Source: Thermodesulfobacteriota bacterium
GTDB taxonomy: Bacteria > Desulfobacterota > Desulfarculia > JACQYL01
Direction of reading: 5' to 3'
Length of the DNA: 64,000 bases
Assembly: GCA_963675595.2 (NCBI GenBank)
Contig: CAXXLZ010000002.1
Location: 2,944,001 to 3,008,000 of the forward strand
Position 1 is the stretch's first letter, and each line of letters begins with the position of its first letter. The position numbers were made by a program, and so were the translations under genes. Positions 10,473 to 20,370 of this stretch are shown in pieces. The notes under the pieces were generated by a model that saw nothing but the letters and a program-made list of their open reading frames with translations, did no database searches and was not told the origin of the DNA.

Positions 10473-12683
10473 ATGGCGGCGACCCTCGCCCTGGCGGGCA
10501 ATCCGAACTCCGGCAAGACCTCTCTCTTCAATGCCCTCACCGGGGCCCGGCAACACGTGGGCAACTACCCCGGCGTTACCGTGGAGAAGAAGGAAGGTTT
10601 TTATAAAGACAACGGTTTTGAGTTTCATGTGGTGGACCTTCCCGGGACGTACTCCCTGACCGCTTTCTCTCTGGAAGAGCTCGTCGCACGCAATTACCTG
10701 GTGACGGAAAGACCCAAAGTGGTCGTCGACATCGTCGACGCCTCCAATCTTGAACGAAACCTTTATCTCACGGTTCAGTTTCTGGAATTGGGACTGCCCG
10801 TATGCATCGCCTTGAACATGGTGGACGTGGCTCGGCGGGACGGCGTTGAAATCGATGAGAAGCGGTTGTCGTCCCTTTTAGGCGTGCCCGTCGTATCCAC
10901 CGTAGCAAGAAGCGGCCAAGGCAAAAGAGAGCTTATGGCCGCCGCCGCGGCTCGTGCTCATGAAATCTCCGAACCGACTTCCTTCAGTATTTCCTATGGG
11001 GACGACATCGACCGGGCTCTTCTTGAAATGGGCCGATGGATCGAGGAGGGTTCTTTCCTGTCCGGCCGGTATCCTTCCAGGTGGGTGGCGCTCAAATATC
11101 TCGAATCCGATGAAGAGGTGATCTCCGAAGGACGATCCGCCGACGCGGAGCTTTCGGCAAAACTGGAGACGAAGGTGCGGGCCGTGGCTTCCCACGTATC
11201 GAGCACCTTGAACATCCAACCCGAAGGCCTGATCGCCGACCATCGTTACGGATTCATCAACGCCCTTCTCAAGCGGGGCGTTATCGTCCGACGATACGAC
11301 GAGAATCGCATTCGTCTTTCGGACAAAATCGATCGCGTGCTCACCAACCGCTTCCTGGGCCCCCTCATCATGGCTGCGGTGGTCTTCACCTTGTATCAGG
11401 TCACCTTCTCCTCCAGTGAAACCCCCATCGGTTGGGTGGAATCGTTTTTCGGCTTCGTTTCCGGGCTGGCGGATACCTACCTGCCCAACGGCCTGCTCAA
11501 GTCTTTGCTCATTTCCGGAATCATCGACGGTGTCGGAGGGGTATTGGGGTTCGTTCCTCTCATCATGTTCATGTTTCTGGGCATTGCGATTCTTGAAGAC
11601 ACCGGCTACCTGGCGCGAATCGCTTTCATGCTGGACCGGGTCTTCGCAGCCTTCGGCCTGCACGGCAGTTCGGTGATCCCTTTCATCGTCGGAGGCGGGA
11701 TCGCCGGAGGTTGCGCCGTTCCGGGAATTATGGCCGCCCGAACCCTCAGATCCCCCAAGGAACGTCTCGCCACCCTTTTAACAGTGCCGTTCATGAACTG
11801 CGGAGCAAAGCTGCCGTTAATGGCGTTGCTCATAGGCACATTCTTTTCCAAGCATGAAGGACTTCTCATGTTCCTCTTCACCGTTCTCGCGTGGCTCGGC
11901 GCCCTCGCAGTAGCCAAACTCCTGAGAATGACGGTCGTGCGGGGAGCTCCAACCCCTTTCGTGATGGAACTTCCGCCTTATCGTCTCCCAACGCTCAAGG
12001 GGCTGCTGATTCACACGTGGGAACGGACTTGGCAATATATCAAAAAGGCGGGCACGGTGATCCTGGGCATTTCCATCCTGCTGTGGGCCATGATGACCTT
12101 CCCCGGACTGCCGCAGAACACTCGCCTGGCATTCGAGACAGCCGAGCGGAACCTCCTGGCCGCCGCCCCCGCTCACGTAAAGGATCAAATGGGCCTTGAA
12201 AACGCATCCCCTGAAGCGGCGGCACTGAAACAAGAACTGGAGCGATTGCGGGCCGAGGAGGCGGAGGTCGCTCTCCGGAACTCCTTCGCCGGGCGTATCG
12301 GGTCCTTCCTGGAACCCGTCAGCCGGTGGGCCGGTTTTGATTGGAAAATCAACATCGCCCTTGTGGGAGGCATCGCGGCCAAGGAAGTGGTCGTGTCCAC
12401 TCTGGGAACCGCCTATTCTTTAGGGGACGTGGACCCCGAGGAGTCCGCTTCTCTTTCGGAAACCTTGGCCGCTTCTCCCGATTGGAGCGGTCTTCTGGCG
12501 TTGTCGGTCATCTTGTTCAGCATGTTTTACGCCCCCTGCTTTGTGAGCGTGGTCTGCATGGTGCGAGAGTCCGGCAGCTGGAAATGGGGAGCCTTTTCGA
12601 TCATCTTCAATACGACCCTGGCTTTTTCCCTGGCCGTCTTGGTGTATCAGGGAGGGAGATTCTTCGGATTGCTTGGAGGCTGA
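10473..12683 (+). CDS. feoB: Ferrous iron transporter B
   Basis: GNPNSGKT, NYPGVTVE, DLPGTYSL G-domain motifs; gate motifs PFMNC, FVMELP, FYAPC. Confidence 0.97.
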   Translation: MAATLALAGNPNSGKTSLFNALTGARQHVGNYPGVTVEKKEGFYKDNGFEFHVVDLPGTYSLTAFSLEELVARNYLVTERPKVVVDIVDASNLERNLYLTVQFLELGLPVCIALNMVDVARRDGVEIDEKRLSSLLGVPVVSTVARSGQGKRELMAAAAARAHEISEPTSFSISYGDDIDRALLEMGRWIEEGSFLSGRYPSRWVALKYLESDEEVISEGRSADAELSAKLETKVRAVASHVSSTLNIQPEGLIADHRYGFINALLKRGVIVRRYDENRIRLSDKIDRVLTNRFLGPLIMAAVVFTLYQVTFSSSETPIGWVESFFGFVSGLADTYLPNGLLKSLLISGIIDGVGGVLGFVPLIMFMFLGIAILEDTGYLARIAFMLDRVFAAFGLHGSSVIPFIVGGGIAGGCAVPGIMAARTLRSPKERLATLLTVPFMNCGAKLPLMALLIGTFFSKHEGLLMFLFTVLAWLGALAVAKLLRMTVVRGAPTPFVMELPPYRLPTLKGLLIHTWERTWQYIKKAGTVILGISILLWAMMTFPGLPQNTRLAFETAERNLLAAAPAHVKDQMGLENASPEAAALKQELERLRAEEAEVALRNSFAGRIGSFLEPVSRWAGFDWKINIALVGGIAAKEVVVSTLGTAYSLGDVDPEESASLSETLAASPDWSGLLALSVILFSMFYAPCFVSVVCMVRESGSWKWGAFSIIFNTTLAFSLAVLVYQGGRFFGLLGG

Positions 12684-12773
12684 TGCCGGGCCAACGCATC
12701 ATAGGGTTGACAGATGTGGGGAGGGGCCGTAACCCTGTCGGAGAATCATAAATTCTCCACCGAGGTGAGCATC

Positions 12774-13328
12774 ATGGCCCCAAGAATCAAGTTGAGCGAA
12801 AGCCTGGAAGACTACCTCGAGGCTATTCTGGAAATCATCAGAGAGAAACAGGCGGTTCGAGCCAAGGACATTGCCGGCCGCCTCAACGTGAACCGATCGT
12901 CGGTCACCGGAGCGCTGAAGGCGCTGGCGGACAAAGAACTGATCAATTACGCACCCTATGACGTAATAACGCTCACACCCAAAGGAGCCAAAGCGGCGGA
13001 AGACATATCGAGGCGCCATGCCGTGCTGCTGAAATTCTTGGTGGAGGTGCTCCTGGTTCCTCCCGCGGAAGCCGACGAAGCCGCCTGTAAAATGGAACAT
13101 GCGGTTTCGAAGGAGATTTTCGAGCGACTGATCCGATATCTTGAATTCACCGAACGGTGCCCTCTCAGCCTGGCACTAAAGTCTTCAGGAGGATTCGAAG
13201 CGTTCTGCAGGCAGGAACCCTATCCCGCCAAGTGTGATGAATGCCTTTCTTCCTGCGTTCGGTCCGTGCGTGATTTTCTGGAACGAGGGAACCCCATGGA
13301 CCCATCAGCCTTGGGAAAGGATGCTTGA
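12774..13328 (+). CDS. DtxR/MntR family metal-dependent regulator with Cys-rich C-terminus
   Basis: SLEDYLEAI, wHTH, RRH...FL, ACKMEH metal site. Confidence 0.9.
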   Translation: MAPRIKLSESLEDYLEAILEIIREKQAVRAKDIAGRLNVNRSSVTGALKALADKELINYAPYDVITLTPKGAKAAEDISRRHAVLLKFLVEVLLVPPAEADEAACKMEHAVSKEIFERLIRYLEFTERCPLSLALKSSGGFEAFCRQEPYPAKCDECLSSCVRSVRDFLERGNPMDPSALGKDA

Positions 13329-13427
13329 AGGCACGCGGCTCTTGTGGGGGCCGGGCGACATGATGGAATGTACGGAGCGGTCCGGCAGGCCGGCGGCGGG
13401 GCCGAAACAAATCCGGGGGGAATACGG

Positions 13428-13658
13428 ATGCTCGAAAACATCCTTGTAATCGTCATCGTGGGGGGGGCTTTCGCCCTGTGCGTTCGGGCCCTGGTCAGGT
13501 TCTTTCGAGGGGGTAGGCACGCCTGTTCCTGCGACAATCCCTGCTGTCCCGGCGCCGGGTCCGCCGGGCAAGGTTCCGACGCCTCGCTACAAACCGAACT
13601 CCACGATCTCACAAAAGACGCAAGCGGTCCGCCGGACCGGAAACCGGCGGAGAACTGA
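13428..13658 (+). CDS. FeoB-associated Cys-rich membrane protein
   Basis: MLENILVIVIVGGAFAL TM helix followed by ACSCDNPCC; feo context. Confidence 0.7.
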   Translation: MLENILVIVIVGGAFALCVRALVRFFRGGRHACSCDNPCCPGAGSAGQGSDASLQTELHDLTKDASGPPDRKPAEN

Positions 13659-13739
13659 AAGCACGAAAAAACGCCTCCCTCACGCCCAAGGCCGAAGCCG
13701 TCGGGGCAATTCCATTCGAAGGCGAGATGGCGCGGAGCG

Positions 13740-14183
13740 CTAAGGTCCGGGCTTCGGCTCGGGATCGGAAAAAAGCGTCCCCAAAAAAGGAGCCTTGGTA
13801 TTCGTTTCGTAGACCACTCGTGTGAGCAGCCGATTCCCATCGAAGAAAAGAACCAAGAAATCCGCTTTGTCCAGGCTTCCGGAACCGGAAAACCGAAACA
13901 GCGAGGCGTAAAAGGCCTGCAGAGGGACACCGAGGGTGAACTCTCTCTGGTCGGAAAAACGCTGCACATAAACCAGGACGTCTTGGCCCCGCATTTCCAG
14001 GACCCGGTCGGGAGCTCCGAGCAGATCGAGGGCCTCGGTCAGGTTGGTCCGTCCCGTCTCAAATTCCGCCGGAACCTCCGGCACCGGACCGCCCTCCTCA
14101 TGACGAAGCACTCTCACGGAACACGCCGTGATGAAGACCAGCGCAAGAATCGCTGCGACTTCAAGGAAGGCCGTAAGCCGCAT
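13740..14183 (-). CDS. Lipoprotein, SmpA/BamE-like fold
   Basis: Lipobox ITAC; GRT...ALDLLGAPD...LVY...LVLFFD..LTRV pattern; start uncertain (14183 or 14207). Confidence 0.6.
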   Translation of the reverse strand: MRLTAFLEVAAILALVFITACSVRVLRHEEGGPVPEVPAEFETGRTNLTEALDLLGAPDRVLEMRGQDVLVYVQRFSDQREFTLGVPLQAFYASLFRFSGSGSLDKADFLVLFFDGNRLLTRVVYETNTKAPFLGTLFSDPEPKPGP

Positions 14184-14544
14184 TGTCCGCGTCCATGGTG
14201 ACCCCATAATGGGTCAGCACGTCGTCGTCGTTGAAGAAGCAAACCAAACGATCATGGTGAGTGTTGGTGTAACCCATGTTCAAGATGAAAAGGATCAACC
14301 CCGTGCCCTTGCTCTGGGTCCTTTGAAACACGTACGCGTTGCCGTTGCTGAGCTTCACCACCTCGGAAGGAGCGCCGAACAGGCGTAAGACGTCCGACGC
14401 CGTGCTCTCACCGGTCTTGAGTTCTTCCAGCTTGGCCGTTTCGAACGGCTTATATTCCTTGCTCTTTCCCAAAATGACGCATCCGGGAAGAAACAGGAAC
14501 GCCGAAAGCACCATGCAGCAGAAGGTACGGCCGATGGGTTTCAT
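14161..14544 (-). CDS. Lipoprotein, SmpA/BamE-like fold
   Basis: Lipobox LPGC; GEST..DVLRLFGAPS...YVF...LVCFFNDDDVL. Confidence 0.7.
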   Translation of the reverse strand: MKPIGRTFCCMVLSAFLFLPGCVILGKSKEYKPFETAKLEELKTGESTASDVLRLFGAPSEVVKLSNGNAYVFQRTQSKGTGLILFILNMGYTNTHHDRLVCFFNDDDVLTHYGVTMDADNAAYGLP

Positions 14545-14643
14545 TTTGGCCTCCTTGCGGACGTAAACGTCATCACCGAAAGCAATCGCAGGCCCGACGG
14601 CTCGCTGCGTGGGCCGCCAAGCGGATTCTTCCGGTGCCCTTTT

Positions 14644-14913
14644 TCATGATTTCCGGTTTTCCACGACGAACTCGGCCATGGTCCGAACACAGGACAACAC
14701 TCGCTTTCCCTCTTCCGGATCCTCGATGAGAACTCCGTAGTGCTTGTCCATGATCATGACCAACTCCAGGGCGTCAACGGAATCCAATCCCAATCCCGTG
14801 TCCCCGAAAAGCGGCTTTTCCGGGTCGATGTCCTCGGGCACAAGGTCTTCGAAGCCCAGCGCTTCGATCATGAGCTTCTTCAACTCTTCCTCAATTTTCC
14901 GTATTTCATCCAT
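14644..14913 (-). CDS. Acyl carrier protein (aryl-polyene/type II PKS-like)
   Basis: PLFG..GLGLDSVDALE phosphopantetheine motif. Confidence 0.93.
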   Translation of the reverse strand: MDEIRKIEEELKKLMIEALGFEDLVPEDIDPEKPLFGDTGLGLDSVDALELVMIMDKHYGVLIEDPEEGKRVLSCVRTMAEFVVENRKS

Positions 14914-15745
14914 CGCTCAACTCTGAAATCAGCGTCAACCCGGCGGTAAATCCCTCATCGGTGACGGCGTTCACTTCAAGGCGGCCTTGAAAACCGCTTT
15001 CCAGACTTCGCCACAATTCATCGATCCCCGATCCGGCACCACCCTGCCGAAGTCTTGCCTGTTTGCGGCTCTGAAACCCGGCAGCTGCGGACGCGATCCG
15101 GATTCCCGGATCGGTGCTCCCGCCTCCTTCGAGAACCAGGAAAAAGGCTCCGGACTCCACGTCGGAATCCATTGGGAGCCTCAGATACTTTCGCACCTTC
15201 CCGTCCACGGCTTCCGCACCGCCGGCCAGGAGACATTCGGCGCGTCCCGACCGGATCCAGTGGAACGCCGTGACCAGAGCGGCCACGGCCGACGCCCGGC
15301 CCATGGAAACCACCGTATTCGGTCCCGTCAGCCCCAGTTCCTTACACACCTCCCCCAACGCCACGTTGGGAAGCGTGTACGAGAACAGGCTCGGACCGGC
15401 CTCGGATATCCCTTTGTCACATACGGGAAGGTAATAATTCAAGTCGGTCATGAGGCAGCCCGCCCAGCTCCCCAAAATAATCCCCTCCACCGGAGGGGGC
15501 GACGCCGGGTCACCGGCGTCGGAAAGGGCGTGAAACGCGCATCCGAGGGTCAGTTTGGACAGCAGGTCCATTCGTCCGAATCTCGCGGGAGGCTCATCGA
15601 ACAGATCTTTCCCTCGAATCCCTTCGAGTCGATGGTCGGATGCTTCCGGAATCGGGTCTTCCCAAGGACGAAATGCGCCGTGCAGGCGTTTAACGCCCCG
15701 TCCATCCACTTTCGCCCCGCCGCGAATGAAGACTTCAAGCGCCAT
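14906..15745 (-). CDS. Ketosynthase-like chain length factor (N-terminal KS domain, no catalytic Cys)
   Basis: RFGRMDLLSKL, PSLFSYTLPN, GPNTVVSMGRAS (Arg at Cys position), LAGGAE. Confidence 0.8.
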   Translation of the reverse strand: MALEVFIRGGAKVDGRGVKRLHGAFRPWEDPIPEASDHRLEGIRGKDLFDEPPARFGRMDLLSKLTLGCAFHALSDAGDPASPPPVEGIILGSWAGCLMTDLNYYLPVCDKGISEAGPSLFSYTLPNVALGEVCKELGLTGPNTVVSMGRASAVAALVTAFHWIRSGRAECLLAGGAEAVDGKVRKYLRLPMDSDVESGAFFLVLEGGGSTDPGIRIASAAAGFQSRKQARLRQGGAGSGIDELWRSLESGFQGRLEVNAVTDEGFTAGLTLISELSDG

Positions 15746-16943
15746 GAGACTCCAGAAACGCGGCGGCGTTCACGCCTCCAAAACCCGAATTGCACAACAG
15801 AACGGAAGGACGCGGCAGAGGACCTCCAAGCAAATTGAAGCCCGGGCGGGCGCAACGGAAGTGTCCCACCGTGCGGGGTACGATGCCGTGGTCGAGCATG
15901 AGCGTTGCCGCCACGGTTTCAATCACCCCGGCCGCCCCGAACGTGTGTCCGATACTTCCCTTGATTCCGCAGAGCATGGGGATCTGTCTCCCAAAAGTGC
16001 GTTCCAACGCGGACATCTCCATGTCGTCGTTCTGCACGGTGGCCGTACCGTGGGCCAGGACGGCCCCCACACGGTCCGGGGTGGTCTCCGCCTGAATGAG
16101 GGCCTCCCGAACCGCCCGGCACAATCCCTTGCCCGTGGGGTCCGGCCCGGTAATGTGGTGGGCGTCGTTGGATAGTCCCCAACCGGATATCCTGACTCTG
16201 TAAAGGTCTTGAGTCGGTTCCAGGATCACCGCCGCCGAGGCTTCAGCCGGATTGAGGCCCTGCCTGTCGCTGTCGAAGGGCCTGGCGGGACTCAAGCTCA
16301 GGCCTTTCAAAGCCAGAAATCCCGACAGAACGAATTCACTGAGAATCTCAACCCCCAGAACCACGGCCAAGCCGCTCCTTCCCGACCGTACTTCCTCCGA
16401 CGCCGATCCCACGGCCAGAGTGCCGGAAGCGCAGGCCGCGGACACCACTTGAACGGTTCCCCGAATGTCGAGGGCTTCGGCCACAACCGCGGCCAGTTCC
16501 GAGGCCGTCGAGGGTTGTTCCTCCACAACCGGGACGCCCGAATTCACGCAGTACCGTTGAAATACATCGATAGGCCCTTTGGCCGTGGCCAGAAACAGGC
16601 AGGCATTTTGTTCACGCAGATCCCGTATGGACAACCTTGCGGATTCCAGGGCTTCACGGAGGCTCAAGCCCGCGAGAAAGCAGGCGCGCCCCCGCTCAAG
16701 ACTCAGACCGGCAAACGGGGGAAGACTCAGGACCGATTCGGGTACGCTGCCTACGGGCACATGGGCAAGATCGGCAAACCGGGACTGCCGGGACTCCCTC
16801 ACCGCCGTTTTTCCCGATGAAATGCCTTGCCACAACGCGCCGACTCCGACCCCATGGGGGGTCACCGCGCCCACACCCAGTACGGCAACGAGCGAAAGGC
16901 CCCCGCTGCCATGGTTCCCGGAAGCCTTTGAGGCTGTTTGCAT
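15735..16943 (-). CDS. Beta-ketoacyl-ACP synthase (FabF-like)
   Basis: SAACASG, RPFD, AHGTAT, KGSIGHT, NSGFGG: complete Cys-His-His triad. Confidence 0.92.
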   Translation of the reverse strand: MQTASKASGNHGSGGLSLVAVLGVGAVTPHGVGVGALWQGISSGKTAVRESRQSRFADLAHVPVGSVPESVLSLPPFAGLSLERGRACFLAGLSLREALESARLSIRDLREQNACLFLATAKGPIDVFQRYCVNSGVPVVEEQPSTASELAAVVAEALDIRGTVQVVSAACASGTLAVGSASEEVRSGRSGLAVVLGVEILSEFVLSGFLALKGLSLSPARPFDSDRQGLNPAEASAAVILEPTQDLYRVRISGWGLSNDAHHITGPDPTGKGLCRAVREALIQAETTPDRVGAVLAHGTATVQNDDMEMSALERTFGRQIPMLCGIKGSIGHTFGAAGVIETVAATLMLDHGIVPRTVGHFRCARPGFNLLGGPLPRPSVLLCNSGFGGVNAAAFLESHGA

Positions 16944-16945
16944 GA

Positions 16946-18412
16946 TCAGGACCTTGGACCGGGCATGGTTTGCTCCCGGTGGTCCCGAGAGTGATCAAAG
17001 GATCGGTAGGGGGCGAATTCCCACAAAGGACCCGTTTTTCCCTTCCGACGCAGGGAATCCAGATTCGCGCAAAGGTCACCGATTTCTTCAGGAAAGATCC
17101 AGTTTCGCAAACCCAAGGCCTTTTGACGCGCCGTTTCCATGACGCGCTTCTGATCGAGCTCCGGCGCAAAATAGAACACCGGTTGAAGCAGAGACCCGTC
17201 ATTGGAAATCAGGCCTTCCTTCTCGGCGATCTTTTCAAGGATGGTGCCCGGATAGATCCGCATTCCAAAAAACGGCATGACCAGAGAATTCTTCAATCGC
17301 ACGGCCGTGTCCATGGTCCGCCGCACGGTGTCCATGGTTTCTCCGGCTCCCCCCAGCAACAGGTAGTGGCACACGTGAATTCCGTGCTCTCGGGCGGCGG
17401 AATCCGATGCAAGCACGTCGTCCGGGGTAAATCCCTTTTGGTAGGTCCGGCACGTGTCTTCGCACAGCGTGTCCGTACCGAACTCCACGTGGCGAAGCCC
17501 GGCCCGCTTAAGCAGTCGGTAATCTTCCGAAATCAACCCTTGCGGGCGGAAAAAGGCGCCCCACTTGAGTCGAATACCTGATCGAATCAAGGCTTCGGCC
17601 AATTCCAGGCAATGATCCCGATTCACGTTGAACACGGAATCCACCAGAAAGACATAACGAGCCCCGGCGCGCTCGACAGCTCTCATGTCCTCCAATACCG
17701 CTTCCAGCGGAATCCGGAGCGTCCCCCCTCCTTCCACCGTTCCATAGGTGCAGTACACGCAGTGAAAGGGGCACCCCCTCCTCGTCTGAGCATTGGCCAC
17801 GCCCGAACGGTCCAAATACCATTGGAGGAGTTGATGCTCCCGTTGGGGAGCCACATAGCCGCCGGCCGATGGGGGCTCCTCCAACGAAGCCGCACCCAGC
17901 TTTCTCCCCCGTCCGGCCACGACGCCGTGACGGCGAGGCAGGGGCCTGCCGGCGATCAGGGCGTCCACCACCGGACCGATGAGCGGTTCGCCCGCCCCGC
18001 ACACTCCGGCGTCGGCATGGGTCAGAGACATCAACTCCTCGGGAAAGAGAGAAAATCCGCTTCCCCCTAAAACCATGGGCGTCGCCGAATCTTCCCGGAG
18101 CCTACGAACGAGTTCGACCGCAGCCGGGGTGTAGGCACGCGGATTGGTCCCGTCCACATTGTCGATGTTGCGGATGGAGATTCCCAAGACATCGGGCCGG
18201 AAAACCTTCACCGCTTCCATCAGCCGGTCGGGAGGCATGACGTGGGCGTCGAGCCGACTCGTCACGCACCCCCGCCGCCGCAGGGCCCCTTCCATGTAGG
18301 CCATGCCCAACGGATATACGAGGTAGGGCGCCGATTCCGTGTTCAGGGAAAGCAGCAAAATTTTGGGCTTGGCGGCTTGGGCGCGACTCACTTTCGCTCG
18401 GTGAGCTTTCAA
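16946..18412 (-). CDS. Cobalamin-binding radical SAM protein, lipid-biosynthesis type
   Basis: YPLGMAY, GISIRNIDN, LGGSGFS B12 domain; TRRGCPFHCVYCTY; adjacent to KS/ACP. Confidence 0.88.
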   Translation of the reverse strand: MKAHRAKVSRAQAAKPKILLLSLNTESAPYLVYPLGMAYMEGALRRRGCVTSRLDAHVMPPDRLMEAVKVFRPDVLGISIRNIDNVDGTNPRAYTPAAVELVRRLREDSATPMVLGGSGFSLFPEELMSLTHADAGVCGAGEPLIGPVVDALIAGRPLPRRHGVVAGRGRKLGAASLEEPPSAGGYVAPQREHQLLQWYLDRSGVANAQTRRGCPFHCVYCTYGTVEGGGTLRIPLEAVLEDMRAVERAGARYVFLVDSVFNVNRDHCLELAEALIRSGIRLKWGAFFRPQGLISEDYRLLKRAGLRHVEFGTDTLCEDTCRTYQKGFTPDDVLASDSAAREHGIHVCHYLLLGGAGETMDTVRRTMDTAVRLKNSLVMPFFGMRIYPGTILEKIAEKEGLISNDGSLLQPVFYFAPELDQKRVMETARQKALGLRNWIFPEEIGDLCANLDSLRRKGKTGPLWEFAPYRSFDHSRDHREQTMPGPRS

Positions 18413-18415
18413 AGG

Positions 18416-18612
18416 GGTATCCGAGGGAATCCTTTTTGAAAAAAGGGCGCCCTCGGGCTCCCTTCCAAAAACTTAAAAAATGTTAGTATGTTGTACGGTC
18501 ACATGCCACTCGCTTTGTGAATCGCATACGCGATTCGCAAAAACGCGACGGGGGTCCGGGGGGTCATTGCTCCCCCGGCGGGGGGTGCGGGGGGACGGCG
18601 TCCCCCTGCGGC
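18416..18612. repeat. REP/MITE-like palindromic element
   Basis: gagggaatcctttttgaaaaaagggcgccctc...cccttccaaaaact hairpin resembling copies at 29806 and 30030, plus G/C-run hairpins 18549-18610. Confidence 0.55.
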
Positions 18613-18648
18613 ACACCCCGTGAATAGGTACCTCGCTCGTATCCTCAC

Positions 18649-19464
18649 TCACCAGATGGGAGGACCGAACACCGAGCTGGTGAGGGCTTCTTCCTTGAGC
18701 ACTTCCATGGCCCGGTCCACCGTATACGCGTGATGCACAATGCTGCTGATGGCCTTGACCATGTTGCCCGGTTTCTCGTGTTGGAACACGTTTCTGCCGA
18801 CGCTGACGCCATGCGCTCCCGCATGGATGGCGGAATAGACCAATTGCAGGATTTCCCGAGGGCGATCGACTTTTTCGCCGCCCTTGATGATCACCGGAGC
18901 CGGGGTGGATTCCAGGATGGTCCTGAGGGCTTCCTCGCTTCCCGGATGCGGGATGCTGATAATATCGGCGCCCAATTCCGCGGCCGTTCGCGCCCCGCGG
19001 GCCAAGGCCTCCTCGAACCCCTCGTCTTCACTCAGGAGTTGCACCGTGACCAGAAGAGGCATTCCCCAGTCCATGGCGGCCTTGGAAATGCTTCCCAGAG
19101 TCTCCAGCATCAGACTCTCGTATTCACCCCCAACGATCAGCCTGGCTCGAACCGCGTCGGCGCCCACACGCACGGCCTCCTCCACGGAACACACCACCAC
19201 TTTGTGGGAATCCCTGCCGCCGCCCGTGAGATGGATGACCAAGCCGATATCTCTGCCCCTCCCACGGTGCGCTCGATGGATGATCCCCTTGTTCAACACG
19301 ATGGCGTTGGCTCCGGCCAACGACACCACGTCGATCACGTTTTGAACGTCCCGGATGCCCTCAATGGGGCCCATACGGGCGCCGTGGGTCAAAGGAACGA
19401 TGATCGTTTTCTTGGTGTTCCTGTCGCTCACTCGTTCCAGACGGACTCTTTTGCCGATCAACAT
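18649..19464 (-). CDS. Class I aldolase (DhnA/ADH synthase AroA'-like), apparently lacking the Schiff-base Lys
   Basis: GRDIGLVIHL, SVEEAVRVGADAV, GVSVGRNVFQH; AAELGADIISIP where family has GADxxK. Confidence 0.8.
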   Translation of the reverse strand: MLIGKRVRLERVSDRNTKKTIIVPLTHGARMGPIEGIRDVQNVIDVVSLAGANAIVLNKGIIHRAHRGRGRDIGLVIHLTGGGRDSHKVVVCSVEEAVRVGADAVRARLIVGGEYESLMLETLGSISKAAMDWGMPLLVTVQLLSEDEGFEEALARGARTAAELGADIISIPHPGSEEALRTILESTPAPVIIKGGEKVDRPREILQLVYSAIHAGAHGVSVGRNVFQHEKPGNMVKAISSIVHHAYTVDRAMEVLKEEALTSSVFGPPIW

Positions 19465-19800
19465 AACGGGGCTTCCTTCCTTGTTGGGTTGTCGTGGCGG
19501 AGTTCCCCCCCCGAGCCGTCCGTCTCCGGAGAGGAATCCTCCGGGGACACGCATCCATTCACCGTTTGGATATGTTAGAAGAAGGTTCCGGGTTTCGTCA
19601 ACGCGAAAGGTTCAGGCACGCCGCGAGGGAGCGGAGGAAGGCCGGCCGTGCACAACTAGGGATCGGGAGCCCGCAGTCTCCCCTGTCCGAGGAATTTCCA
19701 CACACCCCATGCGGCCCATCAGGCTGCGGACCATACGCACATCCTCCGTAGGACCTCTCCTACCCAGCCCCGATCCTCATGAAATCCATAAGGGAATCTC

Positions 19801-20000
19801 ATGAATTTCATGAGAAAAAACCATGGATCCGTTTATTGTGGGTGCGGAAAAGTCAGCGTATGATGATTTGTTCTCCAAAATCGACTCGGGCGTCAAAATG
19901 CCGGAAGGTTTTGTGCTGTTCCGAAGCGGGAGTCGGGTGGGGGGCATCGAGTTTGGAAGCCGGCGGGCATGATGAGCTCTCCAGACAATCCGGACCCCGA
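19801..20000 (+). repeat. Degenerate duplicated non-coding block, copy 1 (copy 2 at ~30233)
   Basis: Shared atgaatttcat..aaaaaaccatg, gtatgatg, caaaatcgactcg, ttccgaag, ggcatgatg in the same order. Confidence 0.75.
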
Positions 20001-20370
20001 ATAGATGTTGTCTTTGAGTCTTTTTTTTCGATTTGCCGATGAATCACCTTAACCGTTTCTGATTAATAATTTCGACTTCGGATCAGCTCAATGTTGCGAG
20101 CCGGGACTATGATTGTGTTCATCAATTGCTGAAATATTTATGGAGTGATTCTTATCAACATGTATTTCAACGATGATGCTGGAACTCTTGACTCATAGCT
20201 TTTCTGCATAATCATTTAGTCTGAAGTTGCCAATTTAGCAAGACATACCCGGCAGATTATTCATGGCTTGGCGTAAGATCGTATTTCACTTTTGCGACGC
20301 TTCCAAACAAATATTGGTTTTTATCAGTTGAAAATAGTCTCCGTCTGTCTCACAAAAAGGAGAGTATCTT

